64,000 bases of DNA from Candidatus Moraniibacteriota bacterium (GCA_029865125.1 JAOUHN010000001.1:1360-65359), one strand, 5' to 3'. Shown: positions 54,471 through 62,928, numbered from the stretch's first letter. The notes: a model not told the origin generated them from the letters alone. Made by a program: numbers and translations.

Positions 54471-54968
54471 ATGTCAAAATTCAAAGAACAACGCGTAGGA
54501 ATGCTAGTGGACATTCAAAATCTCTACTACAGCGCTCGCGTAATCTACAAAAAGAAAGTAAACTTCAAAAACATTCTCACAGAAGGAGTTTCTGACAGAA
54601 AGCTGATCAGAGCAATCGCCTATGGAATCAAAACACTCGAAGGATCCGAAGAAAAATTCCTTGAAGCAGTTGAAAAACATGGATTTGAAATCAAAACCAA
54701 AGATCTCCAAATTTTTCCGGGGGGAGCAAAAAAAGGAGATTGGGATGTTGGGATCGCAGTAGATGCAATCAAAATGTCCAAGAGTCTCGATGTTATCATC
54801 TTGGTCTCTGGAGATGGAGACTTCATTCCACTCGTTGAATATATCCAAAACACAACGGGTTGTCGTGTGGAAGTAATCGCTTTCAAAGAATCAGGAAGCT
54901 CCAAGCTCATCGAAGTGGCAGATGACTTCATAGACCTGTCATCCAACAAGAAAAAGTTCTTGATTTAA
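54471..54968 (+). CDS. NYN domain (LabA/DUF88) protein
   Basis: VDIQNLY, KGDWDVGIAVD, LVSGDGDF.PL, ADDFIDL. Confidence 0.95.
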   Translation: MSKFKEQRVGMLVDIQNLYYSARVIYKKKVNFKNILTEGVSDRKLIRAIAYGIKTLEGSEEKFLEAVEKHGFEIKTKDLQIFPGGAKKGDWDVGIAVDAIKMSKSLDVIILVSGDGDFIPLVEYIQNTTGCRVEVIAFKESGSSKLIEVADDFIDLSSNKKKFLI

Positions 54969-55015
54969 ACTATCAACAAAAAACTACTCATCAAATGAGT
55001 AGTTTTTTGTTATTC

Positions 55016-55100
55016 TGGTGCCGCGGGAGAGACTCGAACTCTCACGGGTTGCCCCACCAGTTCCTAAGACTGGCGTGTATACCAATTTCACCACCGCGGC
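55016..55100 (-). tRNA. tRNA-Leu(TAG)
   Basis: GCCGCGG acceptor stem, CCAGT-CTTAGGA-ACTGG, long variable arm, TTCGAGT, encoded CCA. Confidence 0.97.
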
Positions 55101-55401
55101 GTAATAAAAACCTGGGTTCACAGGTTTTTTCAAGTACCCTACGAGTGTAATACAATTTTTCAAACTTTGCAAGAGCCCCAAATTACGAATGTATGAATGA
55201 AAGAATATAAGCATTTAGGCATAATCCTAAATTCTCAACTTCCTATCCCAATACCTGGGCAATCCGCATCACTTCTTCCTTGAGCGCCCCATCATTCTCA
55301 TATTCCCCGCTTCAAACTTCTTTTTAATCAAAAAGCAAGCGCTTGTCCTACAAAAACAAACACTTGCTATATATCACCTCCCCGAAATAAAGAACTTTCC
55401 C

Positions 55402-56223
55402 TTAATGCTTAATCGACTCAAGCCCAACGCTTTTGACCCAAAAGCCGGTCTCGTCGTCTCGTTCGATGGAAACCGTCGAACCGACATTTTCCATCGTGGC
55501 CTTCCATTTTCGAAGATCGGCATACTCCCGATCATCAAAATGGACTGGCCGACCTTCCCTTTGGGCCAGCAATGCCCGACACATCATGTCGGCTGCCAAC
55601 CACTCGGCCTGTTCCTCGAGAGTGGCCTTGGAGTACTCAATGCTCCAATGCCAGCCCTCTTGGACAAACCCAGTCAAAAGGGTCGAGGGGTCGACCTGAC
55701 CCGGGAAAAATAGCTGGGTCCTGCCAGCAAATTTTCCCGAAGTCGCTGTGACGGAAATTCCGCGATAAACGCGGATTTCGTCAAAGCCCTCAGTTAGTTC
55801 CGGCAGATTATCGGCCAACTGACTGGCCATCTGCCGAATAGTATCCTCCGGGAGGGTCGCTTTCTTGCCCTGAGCCGCCCGCTTTTGCTGGCGCTCAAGG
55901 CAAACCTCCAGTGGTGTGTCCATCAGGACCGCCACCACTCGGGAAGCATGTGGCTTTCCAGCCAGGATGTTGTCCCGACGCCATTTCCGAATAATATTCG
56001 TGGCATCAAAAACGACATCCCGGCCAGCCTTGAGACTGCCGGCAATTTCTTGCCTAGCAATCTCGAAAGCCCTGTCAGACCCAACTCGGTGCTTCACCCG
56101 AATATCATCCGGGCAAATCACCGTCGCCTCGGTTGTTTCGGCAATCCATTTCGCATGAAACGACTTGCCAGAACCGGGGATGCCGACCATGAACCAAAAG
56201 GTTGGCCCTGTCATTTCTGGCAT
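55402..56223 (-). CDS. P-loop kinase (AAA_33 / polynucleotide kinase-like) with extra C-terminal domain
   Basis: MVGIPGSGKS, ICPDDIR, VVFDATN, DTPLEVCLER, EGFD; AAGGAGG SD. Confidence 0.88.
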   Translation of the reverse strand: MPEMTGPTFWFMVGIPGSGKSFHAKWIAETTEATVICPDDIRVKHRVGSDRAFEIARQEIAGSLKAGRDVVFDATNIIRKWRRDNILAGKPHASRVVAVLMDTPLEVCLERQQKRAAQGKKATLPEDTIRQMASQLADNLPELTEGFDEIRVYRGISVTATSGKFAGRTQLFFPGQVDPSTLLTGFVQEGWHWSIEYSKATLEEQAEWLAADMMCRALLAQREGRPVHFDDREYADLRKWKATMENVGSTVSIERDDETGFWVKSVGLESIKH

Positions 56224-56430
56224 CAATCCTCCTTTTTCCAATAAACCCGGAATTTGAATTTTTATTCCAAAGAACTCCTCTCATCTTTGAAACACCAATT
56301 TATTGGTATCTCAATAATGAGTTTCAAACGCCGCGCCGTTTGAACTGATTTTAACCCTTTTTTAAATTAAAGAACTATTTACCACACGCGGGTGACACAC
56401 AAATCAGTCCTCAGACCATATTGTTCCGTC

Positions 56431-56922
56431 TCAGAAAACATGGTCGCCTCCTTCGCCATTAAAGATTCGTATTGATGAGCGAAACTCTTCTTCATCCCGC
56501 TCCTCCTCATCATCAACTGAAGGACCGACTTGCAGTCGATCCCATTCGTAGTCGGTCACGGGAATCACTGGGCGAGCATCCCAAGTGACTCTTTCTGGGG
56601 GATAGACTTCAGTCCAGATAAATTCATCATCTGGGCTGAAATCAACGAATACCACCTTATAGGTGGTTCCGTCGAATGCTACAGCCTCCACGGTTTTTCT
56701 TTTTGCCTTCACCTCCTTCCGATATAGTATATCTATATCGTCCCGATACTGTTCATGATACTCCGCCAAGAGCATTCCCTCGATAAAGGACCTCTTGACA
56801 TCTTCGTCTTCTACGGTGTAGAGGACGTGAACGGTAGCAACCGCTCTCTCATGAAAAGCACACGGGTCAAAGTCCAGCCCAAGATCGAGCATCTTCGCTA
56901 CCTGCGCAGCTATTTTGCTCAT
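56431..56922 (-). CDS. Acidic hypothetical protein
   Basis: 163-aa ORF, co-oriented, ATGA-coupled to the upstream mini-ORF. Confidence 0.7.
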   Translation of the reverse strand: MSKIAAQVAKMLDLGLDFDPCAFHERAVATVHVLYTVEDEDVKRSFIEGMLLAEYHEQYRDDIDILYRKEVKAKRKTVEAVAFDGTTYKVVFVDFSPDDEFIWTEVYPPERVTWDARPVIPVTDYEWDRLQVGPSVDDEEERDEEEFRSSIRIFNGEGGDHVF

Positions 56923-56975
56923 AAACCAGGGTTATTCTCAGTTTTAGAAACAAATGAAGCGAGCATCTTTTTCAT
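56919..56975 (-). CDS. 18-aa mini-ORF MKKMLASFVSKTENNPGL
   Basis: GAGGAGG SD 8 nt upstream; its TGA overlaps the next ATG. Confidence 0.45.
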   Translation of the reverse strand: MKKMLASFVSKTENNPGL

Positions 56976-56983
56976 AACCATTC

Positions 56984-57153
56984 CCTCCTCAGAAAATTTT
57001 GCCCAAAAACGGGCGTTAAACTTTGCTCAAAACGAGCCTTTCTGTTACGAACCTAAAACAACTTTTTTGAAATTATCTTGGGTTCGTAGCAGAAGCCTGA
57101 AAGAAAATATATGATTTTCTCGGATAAATATTTTTTGATTCAAAGAACTTTTC
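56984..57153 (-). repeat. ~170-nt structured element, copy A
   Basis: Roughly 85-90% identical (by eye) to 61740-61910; starts with boxA-like GTTCTTTG and ends at an SD. Confidence 0.92.
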
Positions 57154-57228
57154 AACTATAAGCTTTCAATAAATTCAAAAGCTTAATAATCGGCAGGAGA
57201 ACGGATCGCTGTCCATTCTCCTGCTTTC

Positions 57229-58107
57229 CTACATTCTTCTTGCTATAGCGGCCTGCCTTACCGCTAGGCTAGAGGAGGAAGAGGTCACATTGGCGAGCTC
57301 AAAGACTCGCTTCACGCACCTCTCCGCCTCCTCACGAGACAAATGCGGTCCTAGTCCAATTCCTTCGCGCAAATACCACTCGCGCGGGGATAGAAGACTG
57401 AAACCTGCATCTGCTACTTTTTCCCGCCAACCATCCTCGGGTAGAATTTCTTCGTTTTCTTTCCCGATATAATGTCGGCGTGAGGCCTCCGGCATCCATG
57501 AACTCATCCGAGCATCGCAATACCGGAGACCTTTGACCGAGATCTCGCTATATCCGAGCTTGTGTAACTCGGACAGGAATCCGAGATCGGAAACTCCTGC
57601 TATATACGGATGCGCTATTGGCAAGGCGCGCACTCCATACTCTTTTGCCAATGCGAGAGTTTCGAGGTGCTGTTGCACCGAAACTCTTTCGATTGGTAAA
57701 TGGTTGCCCGTAATCCCGACTACTAAAAACAGATTGTGATATTGGGCGAGCTGTGCCATTTGCCAACGGCTTGCCGGCCACTTTGACACTAAAGTGACCA
57801 GTTTTGTCCGGGACGCCACCTGCTCAAGAAAATATTGCAAGTAGTAGTCGATTTTTGGCCAGAGAGGATCAGTGATGGCAGTAAATCCGACAAAATCCCC
57901 CTCAAGCACTTCCCAAGGAAAGTTGAAAAAGCGACGTTCAACTTCATTGTTTTCAATGATCCAAGGTGGCACATTGATATATGTGCATGCCTTGTTGATA
58001 CCCGCCACTGGATTTTGATTCCAGACTTCACGGCGGGTATCATGCTCGGTGATGAAACAGTATTTACAAGCCACTGGGCAAGCCGGATTTCCAGCAATGA
58101 ATTTCAT
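57229..58107 (-). CDS. Radical SAM protein (SPL-like fold)
   Basis: N-terminal CPVACKYC (CxxxCxxC), FTAITDP, TLVSK, HPYIAGVS. Confidence 0.85.
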   Translation of the reverse strand: MKFIAGNPACPVACKYCFITEHDTRREVWNQNPVAGINKACTYINVPPWIIENNEVERRFFNFPWEVLEGDFVGFTAITDPLWPKIDYYLQYFLEQVASRTKLVTLVSKWPASRWQMAQLAQYHNLFLVVGITGNHLPIERVSVQQHLETLALAKEYGVRALPIAHPYIAGVSDLGFLSELHKLGYSEISVKGLRYCDARMSSWMPEASRRHYIGKENEEILPEDGWREKVADAGFSLLSPREWYLREGIGLGPHLSREEAERCVKRVFELANVTSSSSSLAVRQAAIARRM

Positions 58108-59243
58108 TTTCTGTTTCCTTTGAAAAAATTTAATAATTCAGTCGGCATACACCCAACTGAACCTTTGTTTGGATACAACTCGCTCACGCAGTACTTGCAC
58201 CCAAAACAATTATCCAGCTGACGCGCCCAGACAAACCAAGAGTTTATGCAATGAATTGACATCTTCGTCAGTTCTTGCATTTTCGTGACATGCCCGACAT
58301 CCTTTCTTGCTCCGTCCACCATACCCGGCTTCACACAAAGCGTTCCACCAAGCACGAACCGACAAAAAGTCAAATCACCAAGGGTTTCGGCATTGTGAAC
58401 CATTACTCGCGGTTGCCTTTGTACGAAACAAGTCGTGCAACACGACTGACATTCTAACCTATTGTCAGTCTGAAACCCACAGACTTGCCTTGAGGCTGGT
58501 TGGTATTCAATATCATATCCAACCTGCCTGAGCCAGATCAAAACTTCCTGATCAGGCTCAACCGGACCACATGTTCCACGTAAGGGACATCCGATCGCCT
58601 CACAGCGCACTAATTGGGGTGAGCCCCAGTATGGATTGAGTGGCTTCTCCCGTCCAGTGAGATATGAAACAGCACAGTTCACTCTCGTGAACAACCGGAT
58701 TCCGTTCTCTTTCGCAACCCGCAAAATCTGATCAAATCCAGTCATCTGTTTCACACGCAAAACCCAGTCTATCGCATTGTCAGGGTTAACCGCCTCTACG
58801 AGAGAAGCGTCTCCGCGAAATCCTGAGACACAGGCCACTTTGCATCCCACTGCCTGAAGGCGAGTGAAAATGCGATTGATTACCTCCTCACTAGTGTTGT
58901 AAGGAGGAATGAGCGGCCGCACTGCTGCAAAACATTTAACTCCTGCTTCCCGAAGATTACGGAGTGTCTCATACCGATGATCGTGTCCGACTTTTTCAAA
59001 TCCGTCAGGAAGCTCACTAATGGAAACCATCACGACAAGCCCAGAAAGATTCAAAAAAGCTAACTCGTTTGCGCGAGATGGACCAATTGATCCTTTGGTG
59101 ATAACACTCACTGGGCCAGTGTGACCCGCCTCAGCCAATAACCGCAACTTCCTCATAGTGTCCTCCCACTGCAAAGTGGGGTCACCATAGTAACAATTTA
59201 TAGATACCGGCATAGACAGCAAAGCCCTTATTATCTTTTTCAT
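58104..59243 (-). CDS. Cys-rich radical-SAM-like protein, possibly circularly permuted
   Basis: Starts at SINCYYGDP...SVITKG...VSISEL...VRPLIP (SPL-like barrel); cluster-like CFGCKYC occurs only at the C-terminus; GGAGG SD. Confidence 0.7.
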   Translation of the reverse strand: MKKIIRALLSMPVSINCYYGDPTLQWEDTMRKLRLLAEAGHTGPVSVITKGSIGPSRANELAFLNLSGLVVMVSISELPDGFEKVGHDHRYETLRNLREAGVKCFAAVRPLIPPYNTSEEVINRIFTRLQAVGCKVACVSGFRGDASLVEAVNPDNAIDWVLRVKQMTGFDQILRVAKENGIRLFTRVNCAVSYLTGREKPLNPYWGSPQLVRCEAIGCPLRGTCGPVEPDQEVLIWLRQVGYDIEYQPASRQVCGFQTDNRLECQSCCTTCFVQRQPRVMVHNAETLGDLTFCRFVLGGTLCVKPGMVDGARKDVGHVTKMQELTKMSIHCINSWFVWARQLDNCFGCKYCVSELYPNKGSVGCMPTELLNFFKGNRK

Positions 59244-59360
59244 AACGCCCTCCTGCGTCATTATTTATATCAAAGAACCTCTAACATTAAATTCTTGCGC
59301 ACAATTGCGCTTTTGGAAAAACCAATTTTGCGTCCCCAAAAGCGCAATCAAGCGCTTATT

Positions 59361-60707
59361 TTATCTTTTTGTTATCTCCTTGATAGCCAAGATGAACCTC
59401 TCAACATCCTCATTGGTATTGCACAAAGAAAATGAAGCTCTGATAAATCCCGGCACCGCGCTTTTCTTTTCGTTTTTAATATTCTCAATAATTTCTTTTT
59501 CATCTTCAATCCTTAGCAACTTTCGAATCACATTATAAACACAGAAACTTCCATATCTTACACCAATACCGAATTCACTGTTCAATCTCTCTGCAACTTT
59601 TTTTGAATTCATACCTTTGATATTAAAAGGCAATACCGTATTTAAATGCTTTTCTGATACATATAACTCAATCTTTGGATTTGATTTTAAATAATCAAAA
59701 GCTTTCTTGGTTAGTTTTTTTTCATAACTTTCAATATTTTCAATCCCAATATTTCTCAATTCTTCTAATGCATACATCATTGACACCGCTCCAACCGCAT
59801 TGGGCGTCCCAGGATCATGAGCTAGCTGATTCTTATATCTCAGAAATTCACCTTCTTTAGTTATGTATGGCAAATTTCCACCACCGATCTCATAAGAAAT
59901 AAATTTGTCAAAGAAATTTTTCGGTCCAATCAAGAATCCTCCGCCATAAGGAGCATAGAACTTATGACCCGATGCCGCCAAAAAGTCGATTCCCATTTTC
60001 TGCATATCTATTTTATGGTGTTGAATGAATTGACAAGCGTCCACAATAAAATACGCCCCGTGTTTATGAACAATTTCTCCAATTTTTTTAATATCAGGAC
60101 AATAACCGGTTGCATTTGATGAGGCGGTCAACACAAAAGCTTTGATTTTATTAGTACTCAAAATATTTTCAATACTTTTCAAATCAAATTCAAACTCATT
60201 ATTAACATCATATTGCACAACCTGCTTTCTTCCTTCTTTTTGAATTTTTTCACTAACATTATCCATTTCAGATAAATCAAACTGCTTCTTGCCTATTTTT
60301 TTAATCCCCTCAGCTTTGATCCAAGGAAGCCACGAGGAAGAATGTTCTATTCCAGAAACAGCTACTTTTCCCTCCAAAAATGAAAAATAATGTGCAGCCG
60401 CATTCATTGCACCTGTTGTATTTCCCGTAAAAACAACGTAATCGCTCTTAGGAGCATTAACAAATTTTTTTATAACATCCCTACTTTTTTCATAAATATC
60501 TGTAGAAATTTTTGATTTTATTCCTGCACCTCTATGAACAGACCCGTAACTAGATAAATATTCATCAACTTTTTTCTGAACAGCTCTAAAGGGAGGTGTT
60601 GTAGCAGCATTATCTAAATTAACATAACGAACAACCCCAAGTTTACTTGTTTCAACTTGGTAATTATGAATTTTACTCAAAAATAATTTCTTTGGATTAA
60701 TTTTCAT
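59361..60707 (-). CDS. Class V PLP aminotransferase, cysteine desulfurase (SufS/CsdA)-like
   Basis: NLDNAATT, SVHRG, EHSS..LPW, DACQ, SGHK, GTPN, VRYGSFC. Confidence 0.92.
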   Translation of the reverse strand: MKINPKKLFLSKIHNYQVETSKLGVVRYVNLDNAATTPPFRAVQKKVDEYLSSYGSVHRGAGIKSKISTDIYEKSRDVIKKFVNAPKSDYVVFTGNTTGAMNAAAHYFSFLEGKVAVSGIEHSSSWLPWIKAEGIKKIGKKQFDLSEMDNVSEKIQKEGRKQVVQYDVNNEFEFDLKSIENILSTNKIKAFVLTASSNATGYCPDIKKIGEIVHKHGAYFIVDACQFIQHHKIDMQKMGIDFLAASGHKFYAPYGGGFLIGPKNFFDKFISYEIGGGNLPYITKEGEFLRYKNQLAHDPGTPNAVGAVSMMYALEELRNIGIENIESYEKKLTKKAFDYLKSNPKIELYVSEKHLNTVLPFNIKGMNSKKVAERLNSEFGIGVRYGSFCVYNVIRKLLRIEDEKEIIENIKNEKKSAVPGFIRASFSLCNTNEDVERFILAIKEITKR

Positions 60708-60812
60708 ATAAAAAAATATTAATAATTTTCTCTTCATCTCAAATCTTATTCGTATATTTGTAAATTTGTGAAAAATTTGTAATTCATATACTAAATAAGA
60801 TCTGAGAAAAGG

Positions 60813-60846
60813 GATAGAGCAGGCAAGCGCTGTTGCGTGCTCTATC
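60813..60846 (-). terminator. Terminator-like hairpin after the DHH-like gene
   Basis: gatagagca...tgctctatc followed by cccttttc on the minus strand. Confidence 0.55.
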
Positions 60847-60895
60847 TGTTGTGAGAGAGTTTAGTTTAGGCACTCTCTCGGAAGCCTTGAAATAT

Positions 60896-61732
60896 TTATC
60901 CTTTTACAACTACCCCGGCAAACCCACGAGTGGGATTGCCATAGGCATTTCCGATCCGATTTGGGAGTGAGTTTCCCCACCCCATAAACCGATTGACGAT
61001 CTCGGGCGTCGTATGTCCGCCGAGAACAATTTTCTTGTTCCCGGTTGGGTTCCGGTCGCGATCGACATCGTCGATCATGGCAATGTAGGCCTCGCCCGTT
61101 ACCAATGCCGCCTCAGGCAGTTCATCGATTAAACCGGCCTCGCGAAGATCGCGGACACCGTCCACGACCTTTGCCTCCTGAAGCTTGTCTTTGGCCTTGG
61201 CGATAAACTCCCGAATTTTTTCTTCATCTGCCTTTTGGGCAGTTCGAGGGTTAGTGGCATAAAATGCCGCCTTCCCCTTGATGCGAAACTCTAAAAACTC
61301 CTCCGGGTCAATCCCAGAGCAACGCCCAGCATAGGCATCCGCTGGGCAATGGTCACCGGCAGCAACCAATTCCAGCTGATGAGTACGCTCCACACCAAGG
61401 ATGGCGCAAAGCTGCCCCAAGGAGGAAGCGTCCCAGTACCGGTCGGCCCCGAGACCATAACCGAAATCGCCAGGATTGTGGTGGTCGCAAATGCCAACCA
61501 CCGACATGGAGCCGGCACAGTTCGGGTTGACCTCGAATATAATTACCTGTTGAACAAGAGCGAAATCACCCTCGTCAACAACGTAACCATCTGCCTGGTA
61601 AGCATTGCCCCCGTGGACTTTCGTCCCGGAGACAGTTGCTGTGGCCAGCACACATCCCGCTTCACGGGCCACATTGCGTGCTGCTTGCTCTTCGTTATCT
61701 TGGCCACCGAAAACTACCATTGTATTTTTCAT
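60896..61732 (-). CDS. Divergent DHH-motif phosphoesterase-like protein
   Basis: GGQDNE ... ICDHH ... SSLGQL...LG ... LVAAGDH pattern; GAGGAGG SD. Confidence 0.7.
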   Translation of the reverse strand: MKNTMVVFGGQDNEEQAARNVAREAGCVLATATVSGTKVHGGNAYQADGYVVDEGDFALVQQVIIFEVNPNCAGSMSVVGICDHHNPGDFGYGLGADRYWDASSLGQLCAILGVERTHQLELVAAGDHCPADAYAGRCSGIDPEEFLEFRIKGKAAFYATNPRTAQKADEEKIREFIAKAKDKLQEAKVVDGVRDLREAGLIDELPEAALVTGEAYIAMIDDVDRDRNPTGNKKIVLGGHTTPEIVNRFMGWGNSLPNRIGNAYGNPTRGFAGVVVKG

Positions 61733-61739
61733 CGCTTTT

Positions 61740-61910
61740 CCTCCTCGGGAAATATTTGCCCAAAAGCGGGCGTTAATTTTGCTCGAAAATGAGCTCTTCT
61801 ACTACGAGCCCAAAACAACTTTTTTAAAATTATCTTGAGTTCGTAGTAGAAGCTTGAAGGAAAATATATGATTTTCTCGGATAAATATTTTTTGATTCAA
61901 AGAACTTTTC
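61740..61910 (-). repeat. ~170-nt structured element, copy B
   Basis: Direct repeat of 56984-57153, immediately upstream of the first operon gene. Confidence 0.92.
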
Positions 61911-62457
61911 TCTCTGGTCAAAATAACCAAGAGATTCTTGAGTCCAACCACAAGGATTGTTCCCAAAAATAAAAAGCTTTCCAACCGGAAAGCTTTTTGC
62001 ATGACTCTTCAAGAGAAACTAAACACGACTAAAGTCCTCGAGAAAAGTCTTGCAAGAAACCTTCCTATTCGCCTGCATTGAAGCGAAGCTTTGTCGTGTT
62101 TTAGTTGTTATCAAAATACTGTTATAATAAACTCACTATTCTTCTTCCGAAGAATGGATGATCCGCCTATCTTTTTAGATCCTGTATTAAACAGGCTCCA
62201 TAGCCGGGACCAGTCCATTCATCGCAATGGATGAATAAATTGTAGGGTTACCGGGTTTCGGAATAGCCCGAGATCAATTGAACTTTGTCAATCACTATCT
62301 CAAACTGAGACACCACCCGGATTTTTATGAACTATCCTCTGCATTGAGAGGAGGTGATCTTTTAATATCACTGGATTGAAACTTATTATTCTAAGATTCA
62401 ACACCGCTAATATCAATGTGACTGCCTGTTGCCATAACTGTTTTTCTCATCTTGACT
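61911..62457 (-). ncRNA. Candidate long structured leader / ncRNA (~550 nt)
   Basis: No credible ORF; run of hairpins (aaaaagctttcc/ggaaagcttttt, attcttc-GGAA-gaagaat, tcctct/agagga, attcatc/gatgaat) between promoter P2 and the first gene. Confidence 0.55.
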
Positions 62458-62461
62458 CATT

Positions 62462-62490
62462 ACTATACCATAGCTTTACAAAATTGTCAA
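62462..62490 (-). promoter_or_regulatory. Sigma70 promoter P2, TTGACA-N17-TATAGT with extended -10
   Basis: Reverse complement ttgaca attttgtaaagctatgg tatagt. Confidence 0.8.
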
Positions 62491-62670
62491 TAGTTTGTGA
62501 ATGCATTTGACTATCTATCCTACTTTGGCTTAATACGGCCCTTTGTTCAGGAAGCATTCTGTCACAATGCATTCACAAATATTTGACACTATGTTTTCCA
62601 CTTAATTATCAATGTTCTTTTGTTCTCTTAATCACCCAGCCCTTACTGCCTTTTCTCATCTTGACTAGTC

Positions 62671-62699
62671 AGTATAGCATGCTATCACAATATTGTCAA
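62671..62699 (-). promoter_or_regulatory. Sigma70 promoter P1, TTGACA-N17-TATACT with extended -10
   Basis: Reverse complement ttgaca atattgtgatagcatgc tatact; same 16-nt start region as P2. Confidence 0.8.
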
Positions 62700-62792
62700 T
62701 ACCCTGTGACTGCTTTTTCCAACATTTCAGTATTATGGCTTAAATTAGGCTTATATCTCATTTTATTTTGCTTTAAAAATATTCACGATTGT

Positions 62793-62821
62793 TTGACAAT
62801 AGGCAAAAACAAGAGTATAAT
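62793..62821 (+). promoter_or_regulatory. Consensus promoter TTGACA-N17-TATAAT for the TrmB-like gene
   Basis: ttgaca ataggcaaaaacaagag tataat. Confidence 0.85.
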
Positions 62822-62928
62822 AGAAGCATAACTTATTTTCTTTCTATATAAGCGCCAAGTAAGACTCCCCATTAAAAAGCACTGTCAAAGAGTCACGTTT
62901 ATATAAAAATAGCCAAAAAAACAAAATT

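Noticed and set aside
61802-62012. Short minus-strand ORFs in the leader
   Set aside because: No SD, overlap with the structured repeat, and not preserved as ORFs in the other repeat copy
55402-62460. Prophage, ICE, retron or DGR
   Set aside because: No integrase, structural, relaxase or reverse transcriptase genes; the 170-nt repeats are non-coding and their differences are not adenine-specific
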